From assembly GCA_964016885.1 (NCBI GenBank), contig OZ024741.1, forward strand, positions 306,404,001 to 306,468,000: a stretch of 64,000 nucleotides of DNA. The letters run 5' to 3'. The position numbers were made by a program, and so were the translations under genes. The notes under the pieces are model-generated. The model saw only the letters and a program-made list of their open reading frames with translations, ran no database searches and was not told where the DNA came from. Shown in pieces: positions 49,238-62,478 of this stretch. This DNA comes from Eledone cirrhosa. Taxonomy: Eukaryota. Numbering within the stretch: position 1 is the first letter of the stretch; every line of letters begins with the position of its first letter.

Positions 49238-50629
49238 TATGTGTTCATATTTTCACTCCCATTTGTAACGTTATTTAATTTAATAAAACAATTATTAAAT
49301 TGAGACTCCAAATCCATTCTATTTATTCTATAACGTATGGGATTGTAGCAAGCTACTTTCCTTTGGCGCATTGATACACTGTCCATACGTGATTTGGCTA
49401 GTCAGGCCAATGGTTAGCCACGCATGGATATGCATTTTCAACTTCCGCCCAAACCGAGACTTTCCCGCGTCTTTTAATAAATTCATTTTCTTTGTATTTC
49501 AACTGTGGTAAGGTAAACAACCATTTTTCTTTTGTCCCGCAACCTAGCTAATATGTAACACCACAATGTAACCACGGCCCTGACCAACACCTCAGCCAGT
49601 AGACTGTGTCTTCTGAAACATTAATTTTGTTTGTTTCATTTGTTTTGGCATGCCAACTCTTCTCACCTTAACCTTTGTTAATAAATTATGTAAAAACATG
49701 CTAAAGTCTTGTGATGTTATTTACCACAGTCATTGCCTTTAAATGTGATATGGAAAGATTCTTTCCAGAGTTATATTCACTGCAGCAACAGAACCTGAGA
49801 CTTACGGCCGAACCTCAATTCAACTTACATGTATTGATATAACAAACCATACCTTTCCTGTTACAACAAACTACATATCGTCGACATCATTTTACACATT
49901 GCTTCACTGGTGATCTGCTGTATGAAATAAACAACCTCCTAGAAACGGTGACATAATATTATTTTATATACTTCTAAAATGATGACCCGCCATGCGAATA
50001 TTTCCGGATGCAATATTCCTCTAAAAAAAATTAATTAGCAGTATACAAAAAAAAAAACAACACGTATTGTATTGACACACCATTCAAACACTTTCTTGTT
50101 GAAATCGTTGCCAACAAGGCAATCACGTTGTTTACCTTCAATAAATCGCCGCAGAAAACATTCCTTTAAAGAAAAAATTAGCTGTATTTCAAAAAATTAC
50201 AGCACGAAAAAATGTTTTTTCAACATGGCTTCCATTAACAACACCAACAACATTAGTTAATCACTACTATAAATCACATGGGAAAAATATTTTCAAAACG
50301 ACAACTTCAGCAGCAACTGACGCAACATCAACATGGTGGCAGCATTAGAGTTATACCGCTGTAACCACCATACCTACAAATAGCAGGATCACAGCTACAA
50401 TTACGTCACCAATGACCCATCAATTTCTTGCCAGCACCTGCGAATATTGACTTGCATTTTATGGCTACAAACAGCTACCCTGAAGTCGTTGGATCTCTCT
50501 TCACCGGAATTAGCGACTGGCAAATGCGAATACCTGCCTGTACCCACTACGGACTTTCAGATTCTCTCTGATACTGCGACAGATTCACCTCACCCTCTTG
50601 TCTCACAATCAAATAGTTTTCGATTCTCT

Positions 50630-50850
50630 ACACAGCTACTGGTAAACTACCATAACAGCTACAGTTACACAGCTCTGGTACAATGACTACCACAACAACT
50701 ACACAGCTCTGGTACAACGATTACCATAACAGCTACATCTACACAGCTCTGGTAAAACGATTACCACTACAGCTACACAGCCCTGGTAGAACACTATGAA
50801 CAGCATCATCATTGACAACAGCTACTGGTAAAACATATACCATAACAACT
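50630..50850. repeat. Degenerate minisatellite (acagctctggta...taccat/ac)
   Basis: Five or six irregular 33-40-bp units. Confidence 0.65.
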
Positions 50851-52019
50851 AACAATTAATGCAAGAACAGCAACTTTAAAAACACTTTAACACATTTTTC
50901 GCCCATGTCAGACTTCATTCGTTTTCTATTAGACCCCGGGAGGTCACGTTATAAATAGCAAGTCATTTGACACAGCGGCTTACTTAACATGCTTCATTCA
51001 CAATTTTCTTCTTGCATTCATTCATTCTTTCGTTCATTCATTCTTTCGTTCATTTTTTCATTGATGTACTCTTTTGCGTTTTCTTACTAGTGACCAATGC
51101 GAATTCAAAATTTTCTTATTTATCACCCTTCCGGTCTAAACAGAGGGTATTGTACCAAGCTACTTTCCTTTGGCGTATTGATACGATGTCCATGCGTGAT
51201 TTGGCTAAGTCAGACCAATCGTTAGCTGCGCACAGATATGTATTTTCAACTTCCGCCCAAACCGAGACTTTCCCGCATCTTTTAATAAATTCATTCTCTT
51301 TGTGTTTCAACTGTGGTAAGGTAAACAACCATTTTTTTGTCCCGCAACCTAGCCAATATGTAACACGGCAATGTAACCACGGGCCTGGCCAACACCTCAG
51401 CGTGTGTCTTCTGAAACCTTAATTTTGGAAAAAATCTGAAAACCTATTAGCGGGGGTGAGGTGGGAAGGACGATTATTCGAGACCCAAGAGTACATAATC
51501 TGTGAAGAACTATGTTTAGCACATCTGGTACTATTTACTCTTTTAACATAAGCAGGGCCGTCTAACCCATGCAAGCGTGGACGATGGATGTTAAACGAAG
51601 ATGATGATGAGGAGGACCACACACACACACACACATACTGGAATACATTATTCGAAACCCAAGAGTAACTGTTTATTCATAATGTGCTGCACAAGAGCTA
51701 AACTATACAGTAATTAATGTGGTTGTGTCGAAGACATGATAAATAACTGAACTATTTAAACAAATTAAATTTGTATTTTTAGATTACAGACACCTATAGC
51801 TTATTGGTATCGCTGTAATCCAATATTATAATGGTCACTACACTACCACACTGACCACTACACCAGAGTGACTATTATACCATCACACTGACCACTACAC
51901 TACTACAGTGACCACTGCACCATACCACTGATCACTACATCATCACATTGACCATTATACCATTAAACAGACCACCGTATCAGCACACTAACCACTACAC
52001 CATCACACCTTCCTCATGT

Positions 52020-53672
52020 CAGGGAGGCAAGGCACCAAGTATGTCTAATGAAGGCAGAAAAGAAAAGATGTTAGCACATGTTCTGTGTCGTGAAGTGTTC
52101 AGGATTGTGAGAGAGTATGCTAGAAAAAATCGTGATGTGGTTGGAGAAAAGTGTGCCCAAAATAATAGTGGAACACTTGACTTCTCTGATGTCAAAATGA
52201 AGGAAGCATAGAGAGACTGCTAAACAAGGAAAATGAATGGGACAATGAGGGCCTACCCCATGCAGACACTACTGAGGGACCAGCCATAAGAGTTGACAGC
52301 AGTATGATAGATAAAGCAATTAAGGACATGATGGTAGGGAAAGCAGCTGGACCATCTGGTAAAGTCACTGAGATGCTAAAAGCATCTGGCTTGGTAGGAT
52401 ACAAGCTAGTCAAATGCTCTATGATCTGGTGGTCACTTAGGAAGCTAGGAATAGACGAATGGCTTGTGAGGGCCGTGCAGGCCACGTATAGAAGAGTAAG
52501 AATTGGCAATGTGTACACTGATGAATTTGAAGTGCAGGTGGGGTCCACCACAGTTCTGTTCTCAGTCCACTTCTGTTTATCATTGTACTTCAGGCCATCA
52601 CTGATGATTTTAAAACTGGAATTCCATGGGAGCTACAATATGCTGACAACCTAGTCCTCATAGCTGAATCTGTAGGGGAGTTAGAAGCAAAATTTCGAGC
52701 ATGGAAGAACCTAGAGCTGATAGGCTTAAAAATAAATTTAGCAAAGACAAAAGTCTTAATAAATAGGAAAGAAGACACGAAAGTGGCCTTGTTCAATATG
52801 TCAGAAAGGGATGGGCAGAAATTCCATAAGGTGCACACTATTTAAATTATGGATGTAGTGGGATTGCATGTAAGCTAATGGAAATGATTGACTTTATATG
52901 CAGCAGATGCACAGGGGAAGTGAGAACAAGAGCACACATGAAATAGATTCCTTCAACTGCCAGGAGAGTTGTCGATAGCTTTTGCTACCAAGGCAATCAA
53001 ATTAGTTGTTGGGGAGGATATACTAAAAGTGTGATAGCTAGGATAAGAACAGGCTGGAAGAAGTTTAGAGATTTATTACAATTTCTAACAACAAGATACT
53101 TTTCTTTCGAAGTGAAAAGTAAAGTGTATGATGCTTGTGTGTGAACTGTGATGCTTCATGGCAGTGAAACATGGGCCTTGACTGCAGAAGACCAGCAGAA
53201 GCTAGAAAAAAATGAGTCAAGTATGCTCCAATAGATATGTAATGTTAGTGTGCTAACCTTAAAAAAAACTAAACCTCACAACAGAAATGACTAAAGACCA
53301 CAAGGACTGGCACTATGCAGTGCTGAAGAAGACCTGATCTGCAGCATACACTGTAACTTTACCTACCTACATGCCCTCCCTTCCAACATCACTCCTTAAC
53401 AGTTATTCTCAACATCACTACTCCAACCCCTGCCTACACACATTTCTAGCAGCTATCCCCACATGAAGTGGTTGGTGATGAGAAGCATAAAAAGGGGTTG
53501 AGAGGATGCTTCAATTATATTCAGGACACAACAATCTCTCCAATGCTATTGACATGATAAAATGCACCAGGTACACTCAGTAGTGTGCAGGAATTTATGA
53601 GATGCGAGCTTCCGGCCGCTCTGAGTTGACCTATCCAACCCTTGCTAGAAGGAAAACTCACGTTAAATGATA
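52020..53672 (+). mobile_element. RTE LINE, degenerate and internally deleted
   Basis: KAAGPSG, IWWSLRKLGIDEWLVRAVQ, WEL.YAD remnants; 3' tail. Confidence 0.88.
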
Positions 53673-56600
53673 ATATAAATTTCCAGCCTTCATTTAATTA
53701 TCTGCCATGTATACATATGCATGTAAATGTTTGTATGTTTATAGATATGTGTGCACATATATAATATATATATATATATATATACATGTAATAAACATCA
53801 CAATACAATTATTCCATTTACCCTTTCTACGGAAATACTTCATATATATATATATATATACAAAGTCCACGGTGCAGAGACCAAGGAGGCTGCGAATCAG
53901 AGGAGTACTCTATGAATGGGAAGATGCGGAGTAGGTATTGAGGAAGGTAAAAACATTGAAAAGGCTTATTGAATACAAACTGAAACCGCTAGGCAGAGTG
54001 GTTAAGTTTTTACCACCCCCCTCTCTCTATATATATCATCATCATTTTAACATCTGCTTTCTTTCCTAGAAAGGGTTGGATAAAAGGGCATATAAGTCGA
54101 CCCAGCATCATCATCATCCTCACATATCTATGTTTCTACACTGGCATGGGTTAGACAAGTTATCCTGTTGTGAGCAATGCTAGGTCAGCTGACCATGTCT
54201 TGCTCATACAGAACCGATTTTGGATTGATTTCTACAGCTGGATGCCCTTCCTAGCATCAACCTAATTTACAGTGAGTACTGGGTGCTTTTTGATATGACA
54301 CCTACATGACCATTTTACAGTGTGGGCTTGGCGCTTTTTGCTATGTCACCATCACGACCACTTTACAGTGTGGGCTGGATGCTTTTTGTCGTGTCACCAT
54401 GATGACTACTGTACAGTGTGGGCTGGAGGCTTCCAGCACATAAGTCAATTTTAAGATTCTTACCTAAATATTCTGTTCTGGTTATACCTATAGTGTAGGT
54501 TGATCCCACCAAACATGTTAAGTTCTGCAGTGGTTGTTTTTATTGCTCATGGTCCTAGGAATGTTCTAACTGATTGCTATATGTACTGTATATTATATAC
54601 AATAAAATATAGTTGTACTCCTACTATATATACTGTATATTATAGTAAAGCACAGTAGTACACCTACAAAATACTTGAGTAAACCATACTCATTGATGAT
54701 TTTTATAGCATTGTTTTAACTGATAACTATGATATACATAATGTATAAGGGTAAAAGCCCCCACTTCGGTCATGAATGACCTTGGTATCTGCACCTAGAA
54801 AGTTCCCCTCCGAAGCACAAGTCCAGGCAAGATTGTTTATGGAAGACCAGCTGTCACCCATGCATACTAATTTCCCCTCTCCAAGCCCCCAATATTGTCT
54901 AAGGGAAAGGCAATGGCTGATACAACTCAGTACCAGTGTCGTCGCAACTCATTTCTACAGCTGAGTAAACTAGAACATGAAATAATGTGTCTTACTCAAA
55001 GACACAACACATCACCTGGTCCAAGAATTGAACTCACAACCGCATGATTGCAAACCCAATGTTCTATCCAATAAGCCATGTGCATTCACATACTGTATAT
55101 TAGGAGTATTTATGAAATCATATACTCTATCTTCATATACAATAAACATATCGGATCCTTGCTATCAAAGAAAAAATACTTTTTCATTCTGTACTCTGTA
55201 TATTATATGATAAAACACATTCTACTAAGTACCCAAAGAAATTGTACTCACCACTCCTGCCTGCTATTTGAATTAGCAATGTAAAAAAACAACCAGTGAC
55301 ACCACCAACTACAAGCAGCTCACTATAAAACATGTCTACTATAAGGCCATAAAGATTCACATCACATCCTCATCTTATAAATCAGTCCTTGGTTTTAGAG
55401 AAATTTTTGGGAGCTTAAAATGTTGGTTTATAAGCCACAATTAATAGTAACTATGACAATCGATACAGCATGGTCAAATGGAGGTTTTAAAAGTGGGCCT
55501 TGTTGGAATTACACCTATGATAAAGTGATGGCCTATACCAGTGATTGTTGTGCATGCAGCATAGCCAAATAGTTAAGAAGTTCACTTCACAATCATAACG
55601 TTTCAGGTTCGATTCAATTGCATGGCATCTGAGGCAAGTGTCATTTATCGTAGTATAGGGTTCACTGAACTACGCAGATGGAAACTGTTTTTGTCCGATT
55701 GACTGTAATATAAAGAGCGAACCTTGTTATACACCATGTAATGCTAAATTTCCTTGAGAATTTCTTTGAGCGTACAGATGCTTGCAGTATAATACAAAAT
55801 AAATTACCTGTAATTCGAAGTGTAAGTCATGTTATACACAATGCCATGCTGAATCTTCCTGAGAATTACATTAAGCGTATGCATAACTGTGGAATTTTCA
55901 ACCACTTACACGTTAATTTAACAGGCTATTCCATTGGAACATACATCGTGAGAACCAACGGCTATTCATCATTTTCAGTGCCATGCTTTTGAGTCTCAAA
56001 TAATTGTCACCCCGCCCTGCTTATTAATTTTTCAGAAAGAGCCCTTAACTCCTGATGGAGTCATAGGGTTGACATCCTGACACACTGGTAGAGCCCATCA
56101 TTTTCCAGATCTAAATACAGCTGAGAGAGAGTAAAAGAAAGGTAATAAAGTGAGATATAAAGAATGAATTGATCCCAGTACTTGACTGAAAGTTTATTTA
56201 TTGAACTCGGTACTGGATTGATAGTTTATTTATTGACATCAAATTGATGAAAGGCAAAGCTACCCTCAGAGTGCAGTGAGCCAGAACATATACTGGCTCA
56301 TTTAACCTGACACTCTAATGATTCTTGCCTTCTATAAAGTACTCAAATTTACAAAAACAGTCAGAAATGGAAAATCATTTATTAATCAATTGTAGTTGTT
56401 TTATTGCTGAAGTTTCAAAAACATAATAACACTACACGCGATTTCTGCAAAAATGTCCAGTTGCTTTCTTTTATCCTTCAATTCAAAATGGAATGCTGTA
56501 TAGGAATATATATATATATGTATATACTTTCTTCAAGCAGGCCTTATATATTTATGGATATTTTTCACTTTATAATTCTTCCTGCTGATTTAGATTAAGA

Positions 56601-56742
56601 TAACGCCTTGAATTACTATTTATAATCTACCGAAGTAATATTTAAAATATCCTGAAACTTAATAAGAGGTCTTTTCAGTACATCCAAACTTTATGAAGGA
56701 ATTAAGAGGTTTCAAGGAAAAGTCTTTGCAGTTTTTGTATCC

Positions 56743-59639
56743 TTAATAATCTTTTTTGTCTGAAAAGATAAAAGAGAAATCAAAATGTAGTGTCTTTTAA
56801 ATGACCTATTTACTAAATTTATCAATTACTTCTGAAAGATTTCTTTATAATAACTGATGGTAAGGCTATTAAGGCCCCCTTTGGTCATGACTAACCATGG
56901 GTTTGCCCCTAGAAGGTTCCTCTGAAAGGTACAATCTTATGCAAGGTGTTTTGTAGAACATCAGCTTGTCACCAATGTCCTCACAACTAATTTTTTCCAG
57001 TTGAGTGCACTGGAGCAATGTGAAATAGCGTCTTGTTCAAGGACACAGCACACTGCCAGGTCCAAGATTTGCACTCACACCTTGCAATTCTAAGCCCTAA
57101 GTTATGTTCCTTCACTGATGGTGAGATTACATACAAAATAATTAGTATTTTGTATGCTTCAACTGTTATATAGTTTTCAGGGAGGTTCAGCATGACACAG
57201 TACCCTTTGAATTACAGGTTCAACTCATTTTTGCTAGCTGAGTGAACTGGGTCAATGTGAAATAAAGTGTCTTGCTCAAGGACACAATACACTCCCAGAA
57301 AGTAAAATCATGATCAAAAGATCATGAGATAAACACCCTAACCACTAAACTATGCTAGGTCTTTTTTTTTTCATTTATCATTGAGAGATAAAATAAATGC
57401 TGACTCATTAGCAATGTATTTGAAATTATTGAATGCCTCCCCTAATACATATCAAACTTACCTTTAGACTTTTCCAAGGTTTTTACCTTTATAAACTTAT
57501 TAATAGATTCCAGTTTGAAAGGATCCTCTAGGGAAGATTTTGCTGTTTTCTTAACATGTATCACATCTTAATTTACCTAAACAGACACATTATCCCCAAA
57601 ACATGTTCTGTTACTTTTAAGTTTCAGTCATTTATCTTCATGTTATGTATGGATCCTTAACTCCCGAAGGAGTCATAGGGCCACCATATTGACATGTGGT
57701 GATTCTAGGGCATTTTTAAAGCTGGCAAAGCCTGTCCCCTCTCCAGGTCTGAGTACAGCAGGTTTCTTCCAGAGAAGGATAGAGAGTGAGAGAAAGGAAG
57801 TGAGGAAGATGTATAGAGGAAGAATCGACCCCACTACTAGACTGGTACTTTTTTTATCGACTTTAAATGGATGAAAAGCAACATTGACCTCTGCGGGATT
57901 TGAACTCAGAGAGCAGAGAGTCGGAACGAATACTGCAAAGCATTCTATCCAACGTTCTAATGATCTGCCAATTTGCCACCATTACCTTCATATTATCCTT
58001 CATAGAGTGGTGGATTGGGAGAATCAGTAGAGCGTCAGACAAAATGCTTTGCAGTATTTAGTTGTGGCCCTTTATGTACTGAGTTCAAATCCTGCCGAAC
58101 TTAACTTTGCCTTTCAACCTTATGGGGTCAATAGAATAAAGTACCAGTAATGCACTGAGTCGATTTAGTCGACTTCCCTCTTCTCTTCAAATTGCTGGCT
58201 TGTGCCTATAGTAGAAACAATTATCTTCATATTACCCTCCCCATTAGGCCAACTAGGAAGCTCCCTAGGGTACACACCTCAGAGGGGTATGTTACTGAAC
58301 AATAAAGGATCATGGTTTTATATAAATATAATTAAATATATACATGTATAATTAAATAAAATGCTAAACATCTTTGCTTAGGAATTCTCTTATGGTGGTC
58401 AGAGCATGAAGTGTCTAAAACTAGGTTGATTAGTTTAGCAAACTTTAAGTTGAAATTATTTTATTTGGGAGGAGGAGATACATAACTAGGAGAAGGGGTG
58501 CACACATTGTAGAGCTAGCCCAAGGTGCTAAATCCCCAGATATCAGCTTTGAATCTTTCATATTTATACATGCCCAAACACATAAACACCAAGTATAACC
58601 ATTAACTTTAGATTCCAAACTAATCTTTAGGAAACACTGATTCATTAAACATCTAATTTGTTCATCTAGTTTAATTTAGATGAGCCAGAAGCTTAACAAA
58701 CTGCATAACTAAAGCTGATGTACAGTCTCTATGAGTTTTCCAGCTGTTTGAATACCAAGAGTCTGTTTGTTAAATAATCGCACTCATAACTCAACATTCT
58801 GGAATTATGAGTGCCCTTAACATAATTCTTTTGGAGATTCAGCTGGACACAGTGTGGGGCAAAGCTGGCCCTTTGAATTACAGGTACAGTCCATCTGATG
58901 TACTTCCAATTTGACACACAAGGCTTGGGTCAACTAGAGAATATGGCAAATGATATTTGCCCAAGATGCCATGAGGTGGGATAGACCCTGGGGACTAATG
59001 ACTGTGAAGAAAACTTCTTAACCATTCAGCCAAGCTATGTCTATTCATATAAAGTAAGAAAACAAAATCAGGGGTAGACCCCAAGCAAGATGGTTGGATA
59101 ACATCAATGAGCTTGGAGATCAGTTGCTTCTGACAGGCCCACCAGAAGGAGTGTTTGAAGACTCTGCCCCTACAACCCTCTCAGGAAGAGGAAGGAGGAG
59201 GAGGAGAAGAAGAAGAAGAAGAAGAAGAAGAAGAAGAAGAAGAAGAAGAAGAAGAAGAAGAAGAAGAAGAAGAAGAAGAAGACTGAGTTTACAAACCAAG
59301 TTTACAAACAAACTAAACAATATTTGACTATACTTGAGTTTACAAACCATCTATTGATGAAAAATCAACATGGCTGTGTGATTAAGGAGTTTGCTTTGCA
59401 ATCATGTGGTTATGGGTTCAATCTCAGTTCCTTGGGTAAGTATATTATTCTACTATAGCCAAGGTTATAGAAAGAAGAAAGCAATTTTAGCTTCAGTTTC
59501 TGAGCAAACCACCTTTATTCTAAGTGCTAGCAATTTCAGAAATATAGTTTGCTCATAGACAGTAGATTACAAGAATGCAAAGACAATCACTAACCTTCCG
59601 ACTTGTTTACAGATGAACTCAACTTATGTCGATTGCAAT
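56743..59639 (-). CDS. Putative downstream exons of the Cys-rich gene: 59639-59595 (YCNRHKLSSSVNKSE), ~57566-57462 (DVIHVKK...LEKSK), 56759-56743 (DKKDY*)
   Basis: Good splice signals (ttgcag/gttagt; gtaagt donor at 57461; ttttcag at 56760), all phase 1, AATAAA near 56380 on the minus strand. The acceptor of the middle exon is ambiguous (57566 vs 57576). No homology support. Confidence 0.4.
57825..58222. mobile_element. Head-to-head pair of SINE B-related copies (57825-57980 minus, 58008-58222 plus)
   Basis: Nin-like cores in opposite orientations, about 30 bp apart. Confidence 0.75.
59185..59282. repeat. (GGA)n/(GAA)n microsatellite
   Basis: Direct reading; forms the tail of an RTE-like 3' end. 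Confidence 0.97.
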
Positions 59640-60700
59640 CTGCAATGAAAACAGAACAAACAACAATTATTTTTTTAATTGACCCATTTTGATTTTTACA
59701 AGTTTCTATGGTACAAACCCTCTTCACAGACCCTGTATATTGAGTAAGAGGTGGACTGGCCATATGTCTATTTAGGCAATTCTCAATGAGCTACTGAGCT
59801 GGGTTAAAAAAATGCCTGAAAAATAACACAAAAAAACTGAAGCCTTAACCCTTTAGCATTTAAGGGTATCTGGCCAGAATTCTCTCACCTTTTTTAGTTC
59901 TTACTGGCCGTAACTGGCAATTCATACTAATGTTAAAGTATTGTTCTTAAAATAAATAATATCAAAATCTCATAGATTCAATATTAAGTGAGATAATTAT
60001 GTAAGATAAAGCCTTTACTGCGAAAATACAATATATATAGTGTAATGAAAATGCTAAAAGGTTAACCACTGCATGCAAACATTGAAATTAATGTGATATT
60101 TTTCACTATTTTCTCAGATATGCAACATTTTAACGAAAATGCATTGACCTGATAGTCAACATATGTCCAGGTCGGTTTTAAGACCTTGTCCACTCTATAA
60201 TGAGTTAGCTTACACAGATGTCAACCAAACAACTGAAATTATGTAATAATATCCTTTCCACATTCTCATGACGAGATATGTATGCATTCAAACAGAAAAT
60301 AACAGCGCCATTGAGATAAAGAAAATAAATTCAGGGACATATGTCTTGATATTTTTAACAGAAATATATGAAAACAATACCTCAGACGCACGAACAAAAA
60401 CAAAAAAACAAAACAACAGAAAACAAAACATAAACAAACAGAAGGGACATAAAAAAATGTTAAAAATAACTAGATTCTATAACAGGGTGAGAGGTAAAAT
60501 TATTAGAAAAAAAACAGATAAAATCAAAAGGCCAAGATAAGGAATGTGCCAAATCAACTTGTCTACCTACAAGGCAAACAGGGTTGACAAAAGAGATAGT
60601 TACCTTCCTTAGAAATACAAGGCAGGCTAGTGCAAGTCACTGGGCCATCAGTCTTCCAGCACAAGTATGTGTTTGTGGCTGTCTGTGTGTGTGTTTGTGG

Positions 60701-60738
<38 letters not shown>

Positions 60739-60862
60739 GTATGTGTGCATGTATAAGTTGAGTGGTCATTCAGTTTTAAGTACAACAGTATTTTGAAACA
60801 CCCACTTCAGCATATAATGATTTATGTTTCCTCGAAAAATCATTCTCTCTCTCTATATATAT

Positions 60863-60898
<36 letters not shown>

Positions 60899-61249
60899 GT
60901 GTTTGTGTGTGTGTGTGTCTAATATTTGTAAATTACTAACTGGATGTATATCTCCAAATAAAAGACAAATCACAAAATAGAAAAGCATGAAAAGAATCAT
61001 TCAGCTCCCTCACGTGCACAGACACATGTATACAGATTTTGGTATTATTATACATATATAAGTGCATACATTTATGCATACACACATACATCTTTCCATA
61101 CAAATGTACATATGTAGCTGCATACATATATACGTACATCCATTGACTTAACTACAATATCAATATCATATGCATAATAGGAGTACATAGAACTCTGGAG
61201 TTCTCTACTAAACATTCTTTAGGTTTCCTGTCACATCAAATCATAAGTG

Positions 61250-61692
61250 GCCTGGGTATTACTGTCAGCAACGATTTGCATTGGACAAAGCACGTCTCTA
61301 AAATTGTCAAGAAGGCCGAGTGTGTCTTAGCATCACTCAGCAAGACCTTTGTCAGCCACTCTCCAGCTATTTTAAAGCTGTATATAGCTATGATGCGGCC
61401 ACAATTAGAATTTGCATCACCTGTCTGGAACCCCTATCTTGCTCAGAACATTGACCTCCTGGAAACTGTTCAGAGATGTGCAACCAAGCGAATACCCTCC
61501 ATCAGGCATCTACCATACTCTGAACGCCTTGCTTCCCTAGGAATGGATACATTGAAGCTCCGACATCTGGCAACTTGGTAAACACCCACAAAATTATTAA
61601 CCCTCTTGCCAACAACAACCCTGAGCACCTTTTTGATTTCCATGTGTCTAACACACGTGGGCATGCCTACAATATCAGAAAACAGCACAGCT
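61250..61692 (+). mobile_element. CR1-type LINE ORF2 C-terminal fragment
   Basis: RPQLEFASPVWNPY...LETVQR.ATKRI...TRGHAY; homologous to 16060-16510. Confidence 0.9.
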
Positions 61693-62316
61693 ATAGAGGG
61701 TTCTCTCAGCTATGTCTTCCTCCTTCTCCAAACAGGCTTTTGTCTCTTGGTCCACCTAGCACTTTCTCTAAGGTCACTTACAACTAATCTATAATGGGAG
61801 GTACATTCTTCCCCAGGAAAGATGGACTAACCACACACACAAACGCCAACCTGAGTATTTCCATAATCCCTGCACATGCATGCATACATATATATATGAT
61901 GGCTGTCCCCTCGTTATCGAGTATGACCATTGCACGATATACCATTATTAATAATTATTAATTAATTCTATCGTGCAATGCCTGTGCGTGAAGATATTTT
62001 TTAAAGTGAGGAAAGACTGTACACTGAGCCAATCCCACTCTCTGAGCGACAGTAGCTATAACCCGAAAAGAAGAAGAGATCAACACTTTCGGTAACTACT
62101 GAGCCACAGGTTTTATATTGGAGTTATCCCAGTTTCCTGAGTTGCCTTCTCCTAGAAGAATGCCCTGACAAAGGCTAGGGGTCCTTCACTCCCAGTGGTT
62201 TAACCGTGCGGTACATACATATATACATACATACACACACACACATGCATACATACATTTACAGTAAATACATAAAAAATAGCCAAATAATGTATCTGAG
62301 AAAAATATTTTCTTAC

Positions 62317-62478
62317 ATAATTTCTTTTTTTGTTTTCCTTTACATTTGTTACTACTGCAGTATACACTGCCAGTGCCCAAACAGTAACATGTTTTGCAGC
62401 CTGCCTTGGATATAAATTTAGCACCTGCATAATACACTTTCTGTTCAAAATTACACTTCACCAATTTCGGTTTTTTCA
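62317..62478 (-). CDS. Exon of a second gene encoding a Cys-rich VWC/pacifastin-like module
   Basis: tttaacag acceptor, gtaaga donor, phase 1-1; KCNFEQKVYYAGAKFISKAGCKTCYCLGTGSVYCSSNKC fits C-x5-Y-x2-G-x2-F-x4-C-x2-C-x-C-x7-C-x4-C. Confidence 0.7.

Noticed and set aside
51116-51328. Minus-strand ORF within the LTR-like repeat
   Set aside because: The frame is interrupted by stops in the other two copies and has no recognisable domain
59094-59350. Poly-Arg and poly-Leu ORFs
   Set aside because: (GAA)n microsatellite tail of a retroelement
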